Source of the DNA: Bacteroidales bacterium
GTDB taxonomy: Bacteria; Bacteroidota; Bacteroidia; Bacteroidales; P3
Direction: 5' to 3'
Length of the DNA: 64,000 bases
NCBI GenBank assembly: GCA_045576855.1
Contig: JAZNHG010000035.1
Location: 1,855-65,854, forward strand
Shown: positions 34,685 through 44,555 of the stretch, one piece after another
Layout of the letters: every line of letters begins with the position of its first letter
How positions within the stretch are numbered: position 1 is the stretch's first letter
Program-made: the position numbers and the translations under genes
Notes under the pieces: generated by a model
The model's input: the letters and a program-made list of their open reading frames with translations, nothing else
What the model was told of the DNA's origin: nothing
The model's database searches: none

Positions 34685-36157
34685 TCACTTCGCACGGAAC
34701 AACAACGGTTCCACCCCCTGCCACATGACGAGCAGGGCGCGATAGTTGGCATAGTCCTTGGCCTCCACAATGGTGGGCTCAAGCTTGAGGCTGCGCACGA
34801 CGCGCAGCTTGTTGCCACTCTGTTTCACACTGACCTTCACCTGCCCGATACCTTCATGGCTGAGACTGCGGTCTATGCTGCCGCCGAGTAGTTTCACTCC
34901 TTTGGGCAGCAGGTAAGTGACGTCGCTCTGTATGTCGCAGGCAGTTCCCTGCAGCGGGGCCACACGGGTAAGAGCCAGCCGGCTGGCGCGAAGAGTGGGG
35001 CTTCCCTGGACGGCAGGCAGCACCATGCGGAAGAAGCCGTCGCCCAGCGTGTCGAGCACGGCGTCGACCGTGCGCTTGTCTGTGACGGTACTCACCTCGT
35101 CGCGGGCTTCGCCATTGAGGGCGATGGGCGTTTTGGCACGCACACCGAGACGGTACTCCAGGGTGTCGACCATGATGCCCACCTCGTCGCATGCATCGCC
35201 AATGACGCGGGCTGTGTAGCCCACCTGGTTGAGCAAGGCGGCCAGCAGCACGGCCTTGTCGGTGGCGGTGCCGCACCCGGTCTGCCACACTTCGGCCGCG
35301 GTGGCGTGGGTATAGCCCAGATGCTCGGGGCTGATATCATTGAGGTGGATATTGTCGACCACAAAGTCGCGCAGGGTGACAGCATTGTCTCGCGGGTCAC
35401 TGCTGTTGAGTTGCTGCATGGCAGCATCTTCGGCTGCAGGCAGACCGCGGTTGTCGAAAGCGGGCAGATACTCCGGCACACTATTGTAGAAATGGAGCGT
35501 GGGATAGATTGTCTGCGGAGCGGGCAGGTAACTGTCCACATAGTTCTGCGGCACGTTGACGGCATGCAGGCTGTAGCTGGTGGCGGTCTGCTCCACCGTG
35601 GGGTGGAACGAGAGGTACTCCGGGTTGCTGAGCGTCACGCCCAATTCCTGGTCAGCCGGCACGCGCACGTTGATTTCCAGCCGCTCTATGGGGCATTCAC
35701 GGACGAGTGTCATCGTCTGGTTGAGCACATTGTAGCGGCGATGGACGGTGTAGTCGACCACCACGGTGCAACCAATCTCCATACCGGTATGCACCATTGC
35801 CAGTTCACGCATGTGGTTGAAGCGTCCGCAGTCGGCGCATTCGGAGGGCAGCTGATAGATGAAAGCATTCTGTGGCATATCGACGCGGGTACCGTCTTTC
35901 TGCAATGTGTACACCTCGTTGACCGTCACCTCTTCGAAATCCGGATTGTACACCACAAAAGTCTCCCCCTTGTCAGCATAGGCCACCAGGGCGCGGTTGC
36001 GCAGTATCTGCACCTCGTGGCGGTAGTGGTAGTCGCTGGTGCCGTCGGCATTGACAGTCCATTCCTGTCGCAGCAGCTTGAAAACAGCATCCGGGTTCTG
36101 AGCAAACGACACCGTGCAGAGCAGGGCCGTCAGAATGGAAAGGAATATCTTTTTCAT
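34685..36157 (-). CDS. secreted DUF3857/DUF3858-type protein with a transglutaminase-like core
   Basis: 490 aa. Signal peptide, and a GCGTATDKAVLLAALLNQVGYTARV segment resembling the Cys-containing transglutaminase-like core. Confidence 0.5.
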   Translation of the reverse strand: MKKIFLSILTALLCTVSFAQNPDAVFKLLRQEWTVNADGTSDYHYRHEVQILRNRALVAYADKGETFVVYNPDFEEVTVNEVYTLQKDGTRVDMPQNAFIYQLPSECADCGRFNHMRELAMVHTGMEIGCTVVVDYTVHRRYNVLNQTMTLVRECPIERLEINVRVPADQELGVTLSNPEYLSFHPTVEQTATSYSLHAVNVPQNYVDSYLPAPQTIYPTLHFYNSVPEYLPAFDNRGLPAAEDAAMQQLNSSDPRDNAVTLRDFVVDNIHLNDISPEHLGYTHATAAEVWQTGCGTATDKAVLLAALLNQVGYTARVIGDACDEVGIMVDTLEYRLGVRAKTPIALNGEARDEVSTVTDKRTVDAVLDTLGDGFFRMVLPAVQGSPTLRASRLALTRVAPLQGTACDIQSDVTYLLPKGVKLLGGSIDRSLSHEGIGQVKVSVKQSGNKLRVVRSLKLEPTIVEAKDYANYRALLVMWQGVEPLLFRAK

Positions 36158-36170
36158 AGTATAGTTTGCT

Positions 36171-38186
36171 TTACTTGGTCAAAATAACAGGGGTTTCAGA
36201 CACCTTGAGCTGGGCCATTGCCGAGGCACGGAACGGTATCCAATCCTTGGCCTCGTAGCGGCGCTTGCTGAAGACAGCTTGCTCGCCGAAAGTGAGCTTG
36301 GCACCTTCGAGTTGGAAGCCGCAGCCGAAAGATGCAGCAGGGTCGGCCACACCGTCCACCATCGGATAGTGCAACTGTGAGGGCGCGAACGGCAGCTGTA
36401 TCGTTTCGCGGATGTCGACCAGTCGCGAGCAGCGGTCGCTGAAGGGTTGGGTTCGCTTCGTCTGGCTGAGGTCAAAATTGAGGTGTCCCATCGCACGCTG
36501 ATAGAAGTTACGCGCCGTGAGGGGGATGAATTCGATTACATCCTTGGTCACCGTGGCATACTCCGGGATGACGTACTGGTAGGTAATCTGCACGGGTTGC
36601 TCCAGGTAGCGGTCAGGGTCCGTGTATTGTATATCGACGATTTTAGCATTGGGAGCAATACGAAGCAATTCCAGTTCCAGATTGCGGCGCCATTCGCTCT
36701 GGCGGGCGCTGAAGATGCCGCGCACGGCAGCATCACTTTGCCCCTCGGCCGTGACAACGATAGAGCCGGCGAGGTTGCCCTCCTGGTCTATTCGGCTTTC
36801 GCCAAGGATGCGGACATAATGGTCTTCGGCAGGCGACACAGGGGTCTCCATCAGGTCACAGCCCTCGGCTGTGCCTATCAGGTAGCCCTGCTGCTGCTCA
36901 GCGCTGCTCCACAACTCTCGCACATTGGGCACCCACGTGGGGTCGAGCATGCGGAAACTGCCGTCGTGCAGCTGCACGGCACATACGGAGTGGTTGAACT
37001 GGTCGGCCGGGATGCGGTCTATACGTTCGCCAGCCATCGTCATAGCGGCGTAAGCCTTGAAACCGGCAGCACGCAACATAGCAATCAGCGTAGAAGCCTT
37101 GTCCTTGCATACGCCGCAACGGTCGGTGAAGTTCATTTCGGCATTGTGCAGCGTAAAGCCCTCGCCCTCGCCCATTGAGATGCCTGCATAGCGGATATTG
37201 TCAGCCACCCAGTGGGTCAGCGCGGCAATAGAGTCCATCTCTGTCTTGCAGTCTCGCACCAGTTCATTTACCTTTTTCCGCATAGCGGGAGTGGGGACGA
37301 ATGAACCGTAGTCCTCGTTGACGCCGTAGAACCAGCGGCTTTTGGCCTGCCAGTCGGGGCTGGTGCTGAGGAGGAGCTTGCACTGGATATCATTGTCAGC
37401 CCAAGCGCGGGGTTCGCGCCTGAGGGGCATGATCTCATCCTTGTTGGTGAAGGTGTAGAGGCTGCGGCCCTCTTCGTCGGCGGCTTCGCGACGTATGTCC
37501 AGCTGGTCATTCTTAAGCATCCCGTGGAAGTAGACCTGATACTGCAGCTGCTTGCTGTCCAGTATATTCAACTGATAGACACGCTTCTGCACCGGCTGGT
37601 CGCTCCAGAAGGGGACGATGTCGTAGAAGTGGCCCTTCATCGGCGGCACATAGCGGGCATCATCCTCGGGCAGGGCGGCAAAAGTGCCGTTCAGAGAAGG
37701 CTGCTCGTCGGCCAACAGAGCGTAGGTGTACCCCTTTTTGTAGGTCCACACCTCCAACTCGTCGTTGAGGTACAGCCTGCCAACCTCGACCATCTTCTGG
37801 CTGGCGCCCCAGTAAATCATACGTGCAGGAGCGATATAGTCGTACACCGGGACGTTGTTCTCGCGGCCAGGCCACACCAGCGTGTCCACCTTGTCGGTGG
37901 CGGCGCGGTGCACCAGCACATGGCTGATTTCACAATATGCCGACAGCGGGTCGTAGTCCACCTTGATAGTGCTGAGGCGTGCGGCGCCGGCATAGCTCAC
38001 CACGCGGGTCCGCCAGTGCTTAAGCACATGACTCAGACCCGACTCTTCCATATACACACCCGTCGAATCGAAGAGCGTGACAGTCTGCATACCGGCATAT
38101 CTACCCGGCAGGGCACGTTGCTGGGCATGGCCCGCAACACTGAAAAGTGCCACCAATGCGACAATTGCAAAGACTTTCTTCATCAT
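36171..38186 (-). CDS. secreted DUF3857 / transglutaminase-like / DUF3858 protein
   Basis: Start taken at MMKKVFAIVALVALFSVAGHAQ. The core is RCGVCKDKASTLIAMLRAAGFKAYA. Confidence 0.6.
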   Translation of the reverse strand: MMKKVFAIVALVALFSVAGHAQQRALPGRYAGMQTVTLFDSTGVYMEESGLSHVLKHWRTRVVSYAGAARLSTIKVDYDPLSAYCEISHVLVHRAATDKVDTLVWPGRENNVPVYDYIAPARMIYWGASQKMVEVGRLYLNDELEVWTYKKGYTYALLADEQPSLNGTFAALPEDDARYVPPMKGHFYDIVPFWSDQPVQKRVYQLNILDSKQLQYQVYFHGMLKNDQLDIRREAADEEGRSLYTFTNKDEIMPLRREPRAWADNDIQCKLLLSTSPDWQAKSRWFYGVNEDYGSFVPTPAMRKKVNELVRDCKTEMDSIAALTHWVADNIRYAGISMGEGEGFTLHNAEMNFTDRCGVCKDKASTLIAMLRAAGFKAYAAMTMAGERIDRIPADQFNHSVCAVQLHDGSFRMLDPTWVPNVRELWSSAEQQQGYLIGTAEGCDLMETPVSPAEDHYVRILGESRIDQEGNLAGSIVVTAEGQSDAAVRGIFSARQSEWRRNLELELLRIAPNAKIVDIQYTDPDRYLEQPVQITYQYVIPEYATVTKDVIEFIPLTARNFYQRAMGHLNFDLSQTKRTQPFSDRCSRLVDIRETIQLPFAPSQLHYPMVDGVADPAASFGCGFQLEGAKLTFGEQAVFSKRRYEAKDWIPFRASAMAQLKVSETPVILTK

Positions 38187-38274
38187 TTCTTTCGTCATTA
38201 TTGAGGTGCAAAAATACAAATAAATTATGAATTGGAGGAAAAAATCTGCATTTCATCTCTTCCAATGTTCAGAC

Positions 38275-38306
38275 ACAAAGAAAAGAGCACTGAAAATCAG
38301 TGCTCT
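38275..38306 (-). terminator. intrinsic terminator after tRNA-Gln
   Basis: 9-bp stem agagcactg/cagtgctct with a 5-nt loop, T-rich on the minus strand. Confidence 0.75.
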
Positions 38307-38309
38307 TTG

Positions 38310-38380
38310 TTGTCCTACCTGGATTCGAACCAAGACAAGCTGATCCAGAGTCAGATGTGCTACCGTTACACCATAGGACA
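38310..38380 (-). tRNA. tRNA-Gln (anticodon CTG)
   Basis: Hand fold: acceptor TGTCCTA/TAGGACA, anticodon loop CTCTGGA, T-loop TTCGAAT. Confidence 0.85.
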
Positions 38381-38409
38381 TTGTCGTTTCGTCTCTTCGA
38401 AAACGGGTG

Positions 38410-38417
38410 CAAAAGTA
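38410..38417 (-). promoter_or_regulatory. -7 box TACTTTTG upstream of tRNA-Gln
   Basis: The minus strand reads aaaatgttagTACTTTTGCACCCGTTTTCGAAGAG. Confidence 0.5.
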
Positions 38418-38462
38418 CTAACATTTTCCAATATGGCCAAATTTTTTTTAGCCCCGAAGGCG

Positions 38463-38528
38463 AGAATTGGAAATTGAAATCTATCAATCAACTAGTTGCG
38501 GACTAAAAAATTTTCAATTTCCAATCCC
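38463..38528. repeat. inverted repeat built from TCAATTT-type heptamers (16-bp arms with 1 mismatch, 32-nt loop)
   Basis: gaattggaaattgaaa (38465-38480) against tttcaatttccaatcc (38513-38528). It lies between the TBDR stop and the tRNA-Gln promoter. Confidence 0.8.
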
Positions 38529-38541
38529 CCGCAAAGCCCGA

Positions 38542-41175
38542 TTACAGGGTGTCTCCGGCTTCGCTCGAGCCCTCTTTGGCCTCTTTTTCGAGCTCCATCT
38601 TGCCAAAGCGGAGGGTGATGCCGGCCGAGATATAACGGCTGTTGGTCATCTTGTTGGTGCTGCTGCTGAGGAAGTAGGGGTTGGTATTCTCCGAACCGGA
38701 ACCAAAGCGACCGCCCCAATTGAAGATATCCTGCACATTGACAAAGACAGAGAGCTTGCGCTTGAAGAAGTCGCTCCGCACGCCCATATTGAGCGAATAG
38801 CGCGCTTTGCGGACACTCAGCAGGCCGAGGGTGGGCGAATTATAGTTGGCCGAGAGGTGCACCTGATACTGATTGAATATCTTGGCCCAGGCATTGAGGC
38901 GGACACTCCACGACAACATGCTGGTATCTATCACCTGATGCACACCCGAGCGGTCGTACTCCATGTGGTAGCCGTAGTCGTAGACGTTGGCATAGAGGCG
39001 CACATTGAAGAAGCCCGAGGGGCGATAGGTCATATTGAGGCTGGCCCCGTAGCGCCACGACGAGCCCATATTGTACGGCACCGCGTAGCTGACGATGCGG
39101 TCGAGATAGTCGTCGTACTCGGCATCGGTCAGCGAATTAATCTCATTGGTGCTCAGACGGCCATAGCCTTCGATGCCGATATTGCCGAATCGCTCGAAGT
39201 ATTTCTGCCATCCAGCCTCCACGTTGTGGGTGTAGCTGTCCTTCAGATTGGGGTTGCCGGTGCTGTAGCTGTCGTCGCCGTAGCGGCGGAAGGTGCTGAT
39301 TTGCTCCCCTTCGGGGGTGCGCATACGCATCGAGTAGTTGAGCTTGAAGTTGTGCATGTCGTCGGTACGGTAGGTGAGGTGCACCGAGGGGCGGAGGGTG
39401 AAGCCGGGGAACGAGCCGCTGTCGGCGAAGTCCATAGCGCTACGGTAGCAGTAGTCCTCGTTGTCCACGCCCACACCCAAGCCGCTGCTGAGGGTGAATC
39501 CGCCCCAGCGGTGGGTCCAGTTGACGTCGGCATTTACCTCGGCGGTACCACCCACAAAGCGGTAGCTGCGCAGGGTGTCGACCAGCGTGCCAAGGCTGTC
39601 GTTGTAGCGCCGGTAGTCGTTGTCCTGACGATTGACGTCGGCCCGCAGGCCATAGCTCATCTCGCCGTCCTTGGAATAAGGGCGGTTGTAGCGGGCATCG
39701 AGGCTGCCACCGTAGCTATAGCTGCGCGTAAGCAGGTAGCGGTGCTCGTCCAGGTCGGTATAGGTGGTGTAGGTGCGGTCGTACCACTGGTCGTCGGCAT
39801 TGTGCGACAGGCGGGTGTTGACGCCCAGACGCAGGTTGTGCCCCTCCTGGTCGAACTTCTTCGTGTAGTCGGCACCCAGGTGGCCCATCATGGACTGTGC
39901 GCTGCTACGGTTGCCTATGCCGTAGTCCAGCACACTGTCCGCCAGCCCCGTGCGGTAGAATTCCTGCAGTGTGGAGCGGTCGCTGAAGGAGCTGTTGTAG
40001 TTGTAGAAGCCGCCTCCGTCGACCGAGAGCTCGCTCATCGAGTCTATTTCGTAGTTCATGCTGGCGAAGAAGTTGCCGCTGTAGGAGCGGTTGTCGCTGC
40101 TCGAGGTGTCTTCCTGGTACATGGTGGTGTCGTAGCCATCGCCGGCGGCATTGTCCTGCCGACGCATCGACCAGCTGCTGCTCGTATTGCGACGGTCGCT
40201 GTAGCGCCCCGAGGCGAAGAGGTTGAAGCTCAGCCGCTCCTTGGCCCACATGTAGCTGATCCAGGGGCTGGCGAAGGGCTGGTTGCTGCCATTGACGCCG
40301 AAGCTCACGAACTGGTTGCTCTTGATATGGGCCGAGGTGATGATATTGATGACCGCCTCGGCGTCGGTGGCATACTTGGCCGAGGGGTTGGTGATGGTCT
40401 CTATGCGGGCCAGCGCGTTGGCCGGCAGGGTCTGCAGATAGGTCTTCAGGTTCTCCTCGGTCAGTTTCGACGGCTTGTCGTTGATCCATATCTCCACCGA
40501 GCTCACGCCGCGCAGCGTGATGTTGCCCTCCACATCGACCTCCACGCCGGGCGCATTTTGAAGGGCGTCCTCGGTGGTGCCGGTCTGGATGGAGGGGTCT
40601 TCACTGACGTTGTAGACCAGTTTCTCGCCATCCATCGCGTAGAGGGGCTTCTCGGCCGTGATTTTCACCTCGCTCAGCGTGGTGGCGCCGGGCTTGAGGC
40701 GCAGCGTGCCGAGGGCGGTGTTGTTGCTCACTCGGAAGGGAACGAGCCGGTTCTGGTAGCCGATGGCGCTCACTCGCAGCAGGTAGGCCCCGGCCGGCAC
40801 CTCGGTCAACTCGAACAGGCCGTCGAAGTTGGTCGACGCACCCTTGACGAAACTCGAGTCGGTCGAATCGAGCACCGCCACATTGACGAAGGCCAGAAAC
40901 TCGCCGCTCACCGAGTCGCGCAGCGAACCCACCACCTTGAAGGTGTCGCCCTCCTTCACTTTCTTCTTCTGCTTCACCTGGCTGGCCTGCTGGCTGTCGC
41001 CCATTTGGCTCCAGTCGCGGTTGCCGCCGGGGCGCTGTCCGGGCCGCCCACCGCCCATCGGGGGCCGGCCGCCGGGCCCGCCACCGGGGCCGCCGGGCTG
41101 TGCTTCACTGTAGGTCGCCGCCATCAACATCACGGCCACCAGACATATCACTCGCTTCACATTGTTCCGTTTCAT
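38542..41175 (-). CDS. TonB-dependent receptor-like outer-membrane beta-barrel protein with a CarboxypepD_reg-like domain
   Basis: Start taken at MKRNNVKRVICLVAVMLMAATYSEAQ. A Gly/Pro-rich linker (PGGPGGGPGGRPPMGGGRPG) is followed by FKVVGSLRDSVSGEFLAFVNV, plug-like and barrel regions, and a C-terminal TLRFGK. Confidence 0.8.
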   Translation of the reverse strand: MKRNNVKRVICLVAVMLMAATYSEAQPGGPGGGPGGRPPMGGGRPGQRPGGNRDWSQMGDSQQASQVKQKKKVKEGDTFKVVGSLRDSVSGEFLAFVNVAVLDSTDSSFVKGASTNFDGLFELTEVPAGAYLLRVSAIGYQNRLVPFRVSNNTALGTLRLKPGATTLSEVKITAEKPLYAMDGEKLVYNVSEDPSIQTGTTEDALQNAPGVEVDVEGNITLRGVSSVEIWINDKPSKLTEENLKTYLQTLPANALARIETITNPSAKYATDAEAVINIITSAHIKSNQFVSFGVNGSNQPFASPWISYMWAKERLSFNLFASGRYSDRRNTSSSWSMRRQDNAAGDGYDTTMYQEDTSSSDNRSYSGNFFASMNYEIDSMSELSVDGGGFYNYNSSFSDRSTLQEFYRTGLADSVLDYGIGNRSSAQSMMGHLGADYTKKFDQEGHNLRLGVNTRLSHNADDQWYDRTYTTYTDLDEHRYLLTRSYSYGGSLDARYNRPYSKDGEMSYGLRADVNRQDNDYRRYNDSLGTLVDTLRSYRFVGGTAEVNADVNWTHRWGGFTLSSGLGVGVDNEDYCYRSAMDFADSGSFPGFTLRPSVHLTYRTDDMHNFKLNYSMRMRTPEGEQISTFRRYGDDSYSTGNPNLKDSYTHNVEAGWQKYFERFGNIGIEGYGRLSTNEINSLTDAEYDDYLDRIVSYAVPYNMGSSWRYGASLNMTYRPSGFFNVRLYANVYDYGYHMEYDRSGVHQVIDTSMLSWSVRLNAWAKIFNQYQVHLSANYNSPTLGLLSVRKARYSLNMGVRSDFFKRKLSVFVNVQDIFNWGGRFGSGSENTNPYFLSSSTNKMTNSRYISAGITLRFGKMELEKEAKEGSSEAGDTL

Positions 41176-41254
41176 ATCGTAATCTGTATATTGTATTGTA
41201 TCATTGCCGCTTATAACGCGTATTAACATTTATTAGTATGCCCGCCCCCCCACT

Positions 41255-41395
41255 TTCTTGCAAAAAATATTTCAAATTTTCGCACCGGCAGCCAAACCCG
41301 CACAATCGCCATTTTCCCCCAATTGCCCCTGCCTGTTGTGACGCGAAAAAACGCCCTTGTAACCCACTGAACCTCAAGCCCTCAACCTACCATCT
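41255..41395 (-). repeat. dispersed element, copy 2 (inverted homologue of 32924-33050)
   Basis: See the copy 1 alignment. This copy lies between the divergent TBDR and OMP genes. Confidence 0.8.
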
Positions 41396-41440
41396 ACTTA
41401 CCAACGACTTACCAACGACTTACCAACGACTTACCAACAC
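41385..41440. repeat. 11-bp tandem array ACTTACCAACG, about 4-5 units (complement TTGGTAAGT..)
   Basis: acttaccaacg acttaccaacg acttaccaacg acttaccaaca, preceded by aacctaccatct. A partner aaggtgtt follows 17 nt later, allowing a hairpin with aacacctt. Confidence 0.9.
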
Positions 41441-41623
41441 CTTCTACAGTAGTAGTTGATAAGGTGTTAGCACGTATTTCGTCACCCGATGGAATGCCCT
41501 CTTCCTGACGGTGGCGCCGGGCACTCCACCCCCGGTGCGGAGGTGGACACAAACTTTTTTTCCACCGCGGGTGTAAGATTCGGCCACCTTCGTGCGACTT
41601 ATATACGACGAATCAAACCGACG

Positions 41624-42250
41624 ATGACAATGAAAAAGCACCTTCTACTCGTATTGGCGCTGCTGGGCGGCGCCGTCAGCGCACAGCCCGACGGCTTGCG
41701 CCCCTTCGCCGAGCTGCAGGCCGGACTGCTCGCTTCGCGCCATGCCACCACCCCGGTCTTCGGCGCCACCCTCGGCCTGCGCTGCGGCCACCTCGGCGTC
41801 GGCCTGCGCTACCGCAGTTCGCTTTCGCCCCTGCACGAAGCCGAACCCGTGCGCGACCTCTCGCTGATGGTGCAGTACAGCCAGCCGCTGGCCCCGCGAC
41901 TGGAGCTCTACGGCGGCGTGGCCACCGGTTTCGCACTGGAACACATGCGGTTGACCTCCGGCAAAGCCACACCCCTGCAGCTCTGTACCGAGCTGAACCT
42001 CGGCCTGCGCTATTATGTGTCGGACAACATAGCCCTCACCCTCAACCTCGGCTACGGGGCCCGGATGAGCGCTTCCGACTGGGCCTCCCTGGCCAAGCAG
42101 CTGCCCTACGACCCGCGCACCATCCCCACCCACGCTACCGCCACGGGCGGCGTCAGCATCGGCATACCTCCCAAAGTGAAGAAAATCAACCTGCCGCAGC
42201 AGCTCATCGTCGACGGCGCAGCCCCCATCCTGACGGCCTACAGCGACTGA
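41624..42250 (+). CDS. small outer-membrane beta-barrel protein (hypothetical)
   Basis: Start taken at MTMKKHLLLVLALLGGAVSAQ. Strand-like repeats are present (GLRYYVSDNIALTLNLGYG). Function is unknown. Confidence 0.45.
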   Translation: MTMKKHLLLVLALLGGAVSAQPDGLRPFAELQAGLLASRHATTPVFGATLGLRCGHLGVGLRYRSSLSPLHEAEPVRDLSLMVQYSQPLAPRLELYGGVATGFALEHMRLTSGKATPLQLCTELNLGLRYYVSDNIALTLNLGYGARMSASDWASLAKQLPYDPRTIPTHATATGGVSIGIPPKVKKINLPQQLIVDGAAPILTAYSD

Positions 42251-42960
42251 CCGTGCCTGGACTGCACCACAATCTGCACCGAGTCCGAGCACGACACCTT
42301 CAGGTCGCCGTCGTACTGCTGTGGCGTGACCACGATGGCCTCGAGCGGTGTGTCGAGGGCATGCAGCTGAAAGAAAGCGGGATTGGCCCGCAGGTCGAGT
42401 CGGCGTATCTGCGTGCCGCGGATGTAGAGCGTCGTCAGCCGCGGACAAGGCGAGAGGTCAAGTTCCGACAATGGACTGAAGATTAGCAAGAGCGACTCCA
42501 ACTCGGCGAAGGGGTGCAGGTCGAACTCGGCGAGGTGCGTGTAGCTCAGCTGCAGGTGCTTCAGGTGGCGACAGCTGTCAAGGGCCACGCGCTCCAGCGG
42601 CAGGTTGAGGCCATAGAGGCGCCGCAAGTTGGGGAGGCCGTTGAGGTCCAGCTCCGCCAGCGGGTTGTCGCTGCAGACCACCTCCTCCAGCTGGGGAAAC
42701 ATCTCGATGCCGCGCAGACTGTGAATGTCCTTGCCGTAGCACTCCAGCGTCGTCAGGGCGCACCCTTCGGGGGTGGGCTTCATTCGGTGGCCGCCGACCT
42801 TGGCGGCATAACCCCTCTCCAGCAGCAGTTCGCGAAAGGCCCTGTCCGGCACGCTGACCGCCCGGCGGCAGTCGCAGGCGGCCTCACCCCCACCCTGCCG
42901 CGTAGCCGCACAAGCAGTCAGCAGCAGGGTGGCAGCAAGGCAGAGCAGCAGCCGTCTCAT
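42238..42960 (-). CDS. leucine-rich-repeat lipoprotein
   Basis: Start taken at MRRLLLCLAATLLLTACA (ATGA overlap with the BlaR1-like stop). About 22-residue LRR units are present (L..L.L....L..LDL..C..L..L). Confidence 0.7.
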   Translation of the reverse strand: MRRLLLCLAATLLLTACAATRQGGGEAACDCRRAVSVPDRAFRELLLERGYAAKVGGHRMKPTPEGCALTTLECYGKDIHSLRGIEMFPQLEEVVCSDNPLAELDLNGLPNLRRLYGLNLPLERVALDSCRHLKHLQLSYTHLAEFDLHPFAELESLLLIFSPLSELDLSPCPRLTTLYIRGTQIRRLDLRANPAFFQLHALDTPLEAIVVTPQQYDGDLKVSCSDSVQIVVQSRHGQSL

Positions 42961-44555
42961 GACAGCTTGAAGACGATGGGCAGGTGGTATTGCACGCGGA
43001 CGGCCTTGCCCTGGTTCCGTCCGGGCTTCCACTTGGGCATGGCCTCGACCACCCGCACGGCCTCCTCGTCGCAGCCGCCGCCGATGCCGCGCAGCACCTT
43101 GATATTGGAGAGCCGACCGTCGGCCTCCACCACGAAGGCCACATACACCCTGCCCTCGACGCCCTCTTCCTTGGCCTTCGCGGGATAGTGGATGTTCTCA
43201 CTCAGGAACTTGTACATAGCCTCCATTCCACCAGGGTACTCGGGCGTCTCTTCGACCACCTGGTACACCTCGTCCGACTGACCCATGACTATCCGCACGG
43301 GCTCCTTGGCAGCGTCCACCTCGACCACCCACAGCTTGATGACGGCATCGCCCTGTTGGTTCCCGTCCTGCCAGGCGGCGGCGAAGCACAGGGTGACATC
43401 GCCGTTGTCGGTCTTCACGGTGGTGGTGTGGTCAGTGGTGCCGCTGGAGTGTCCTCGCCGCAGTTCGCGGTCGACGGCCTGGATGACTTTCTTCTCATTG
43501 CGGCTCAGCACCTGGCCGTCGACCACCCCCCGCGAGGTCGGAAGCTGGTCGATCTCCCAGGCGCCGTAGCTGTGCTCGGCCCCTTCGCCCTTACAGTCCA
43601 CCCGCACTTCTTGCAGCGTCAGGCTAGCCTGGCTATGGATACTGTTGTAGCCTATGCCGCCGAACGGGAGCGGCTTGCCTCCGGTCCGGTGATAGGTCAC
43701 GGTCAGCAGGCATTCGCCCGTCTGCACCCCGGCAGGCTCGGCATTGGCCGTCCGGCAACCCACCATCATCAATACGACCACCAGCGGCAGGGCCGCCAGC
43801 GGCTTCCACGCGCCGAAGCGCGATTTCGTTTTGTTCATCATAACGATACGGTTTTTAAGGTTAATACTGTTGAAATTATGGGTGATATGGCCATATCCGA
43901 ATCCAGTGGCCTGCCGGTAGAGCAGGCGCAGATAGTCCTCCTTGGCGCAACGCGACAGCACCGCCGCGTCGGCCTGCCGCTCGTGGACGGCCAGCAAGTC
44001 GCGCAGCATCAGCCACGCGAAGGGGTTGAACCAGGCCACACAGCACAGCAGGCGCATCAAGAGCACATCCTCCGTATGGTGCAGCCGCACATGCTCGCGC
44101 TCGTGGGCCAGGATGCATTGCAGTTCGCCGTCGGCATAGTCCCCTTCGGGCAGCACAACGTGGCGGAAGAACGAGAACGGCCCGCCATAGCCGCGGCGCA
44201 CCATCCGGAGCGTCCGCGCCAGCTGCACCGTCAGCACCGCCAGGGAGAGCAGCACGCCCGCCAGGTATATTATGGTAGGGATGTGGCGTGCCGCTTCCGC
44301 AGCCGGCCGCGAGGCATCAGCCACCTCGACCGCAGGCAGGACACCACCCGTCCCCGCCCCGGCAGCCGTCAGGCCCATCCGCGACGGCAGCGAGAACTCC
44401 GGCAGCGGCACCAACGGATAGACCAGGCTGAACACCAAGGAGATAATCAAATAGAAGCGCGAGAGCTGCAACCACCCGTCGCGCCGCAACAGCAACCGGT
44501 AGAGCCCCCAGAAGAGCCCCGCCGCCACCACAGAGAAAAGAACCCAGTGCACCAT
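42957..44555 (-). CDS. BlaR1/MecR1-type M56 metallopeptidase sensor fused to a C-terminal TonB domain
   Basis: 532 aa. TM segments, HEXXH (ILAHEREHVRLHH), an uncharacterised middle domain of about 170 aa, and the TonB_C signature PEYPGG..A...FL..NI.YP..A...G..G.V.V.FVV..DG.... Confidence 0.85.
   Translation of the reverse strand: MVHWVLFSVVAAGLFWGLYRLLLRRDGWLQLSRFYLIISLVFSLVYPLVPLPEFSLPSRMGLTAAGAGTGGVLPAVEVADASRPAAEAARHIPTIIYLAGVLLSLAVLTVQLARTLRMVRRGYGGPFSFFRHVVLPEGDYADGELQCILAHEREHVRLHHTEDVLLMRLLCCVAWFNPFAWLMLRDLLAVHERQADAAVLSRCAKEDYLRLLYRQATGFGYGHITHNFNSINLKNRIVMMNKTKSRFGAWKPLAALPLVVVLMMVGCRTANAEPAGVQTGECLLTVTYHRTGGKPLPFGGIGYNSIHSQASLTLQEVRVDCKGEGAEHSYGAWEIDQLPTSRGVVDGQVLSRNEKKVIQAVDRELRRGHSSGTTDHTTTVKTDNGDVTLCFAAAWQDGNQQGDAVIKLWVVEVDAAKEPVRIVMGQSDEVYQVVEETPEYPGGMEAMYKFLSENIHYPAKAKEEGVEGRVYVAFVVEADGRLSNIKVLRGIGGGCDEEAVRVVEAMPKWKPGRNQGKAVRVQYHLPIVFKLS

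Noticed and set aside
38467-41226. A 919-aa plus-strand ORF antisense to the TonB-dependent receptor-like gene. Similar antisense ORFs lie at 60339-62135, 58567-60072, 42984-44567, 17679-19337 and 28520-29713.
   Set aside because: In each case the opposite strand encodes a protein with unmistakable family motifs. These ORFs have the composition typical of antisense frames in GC-rich DNA.
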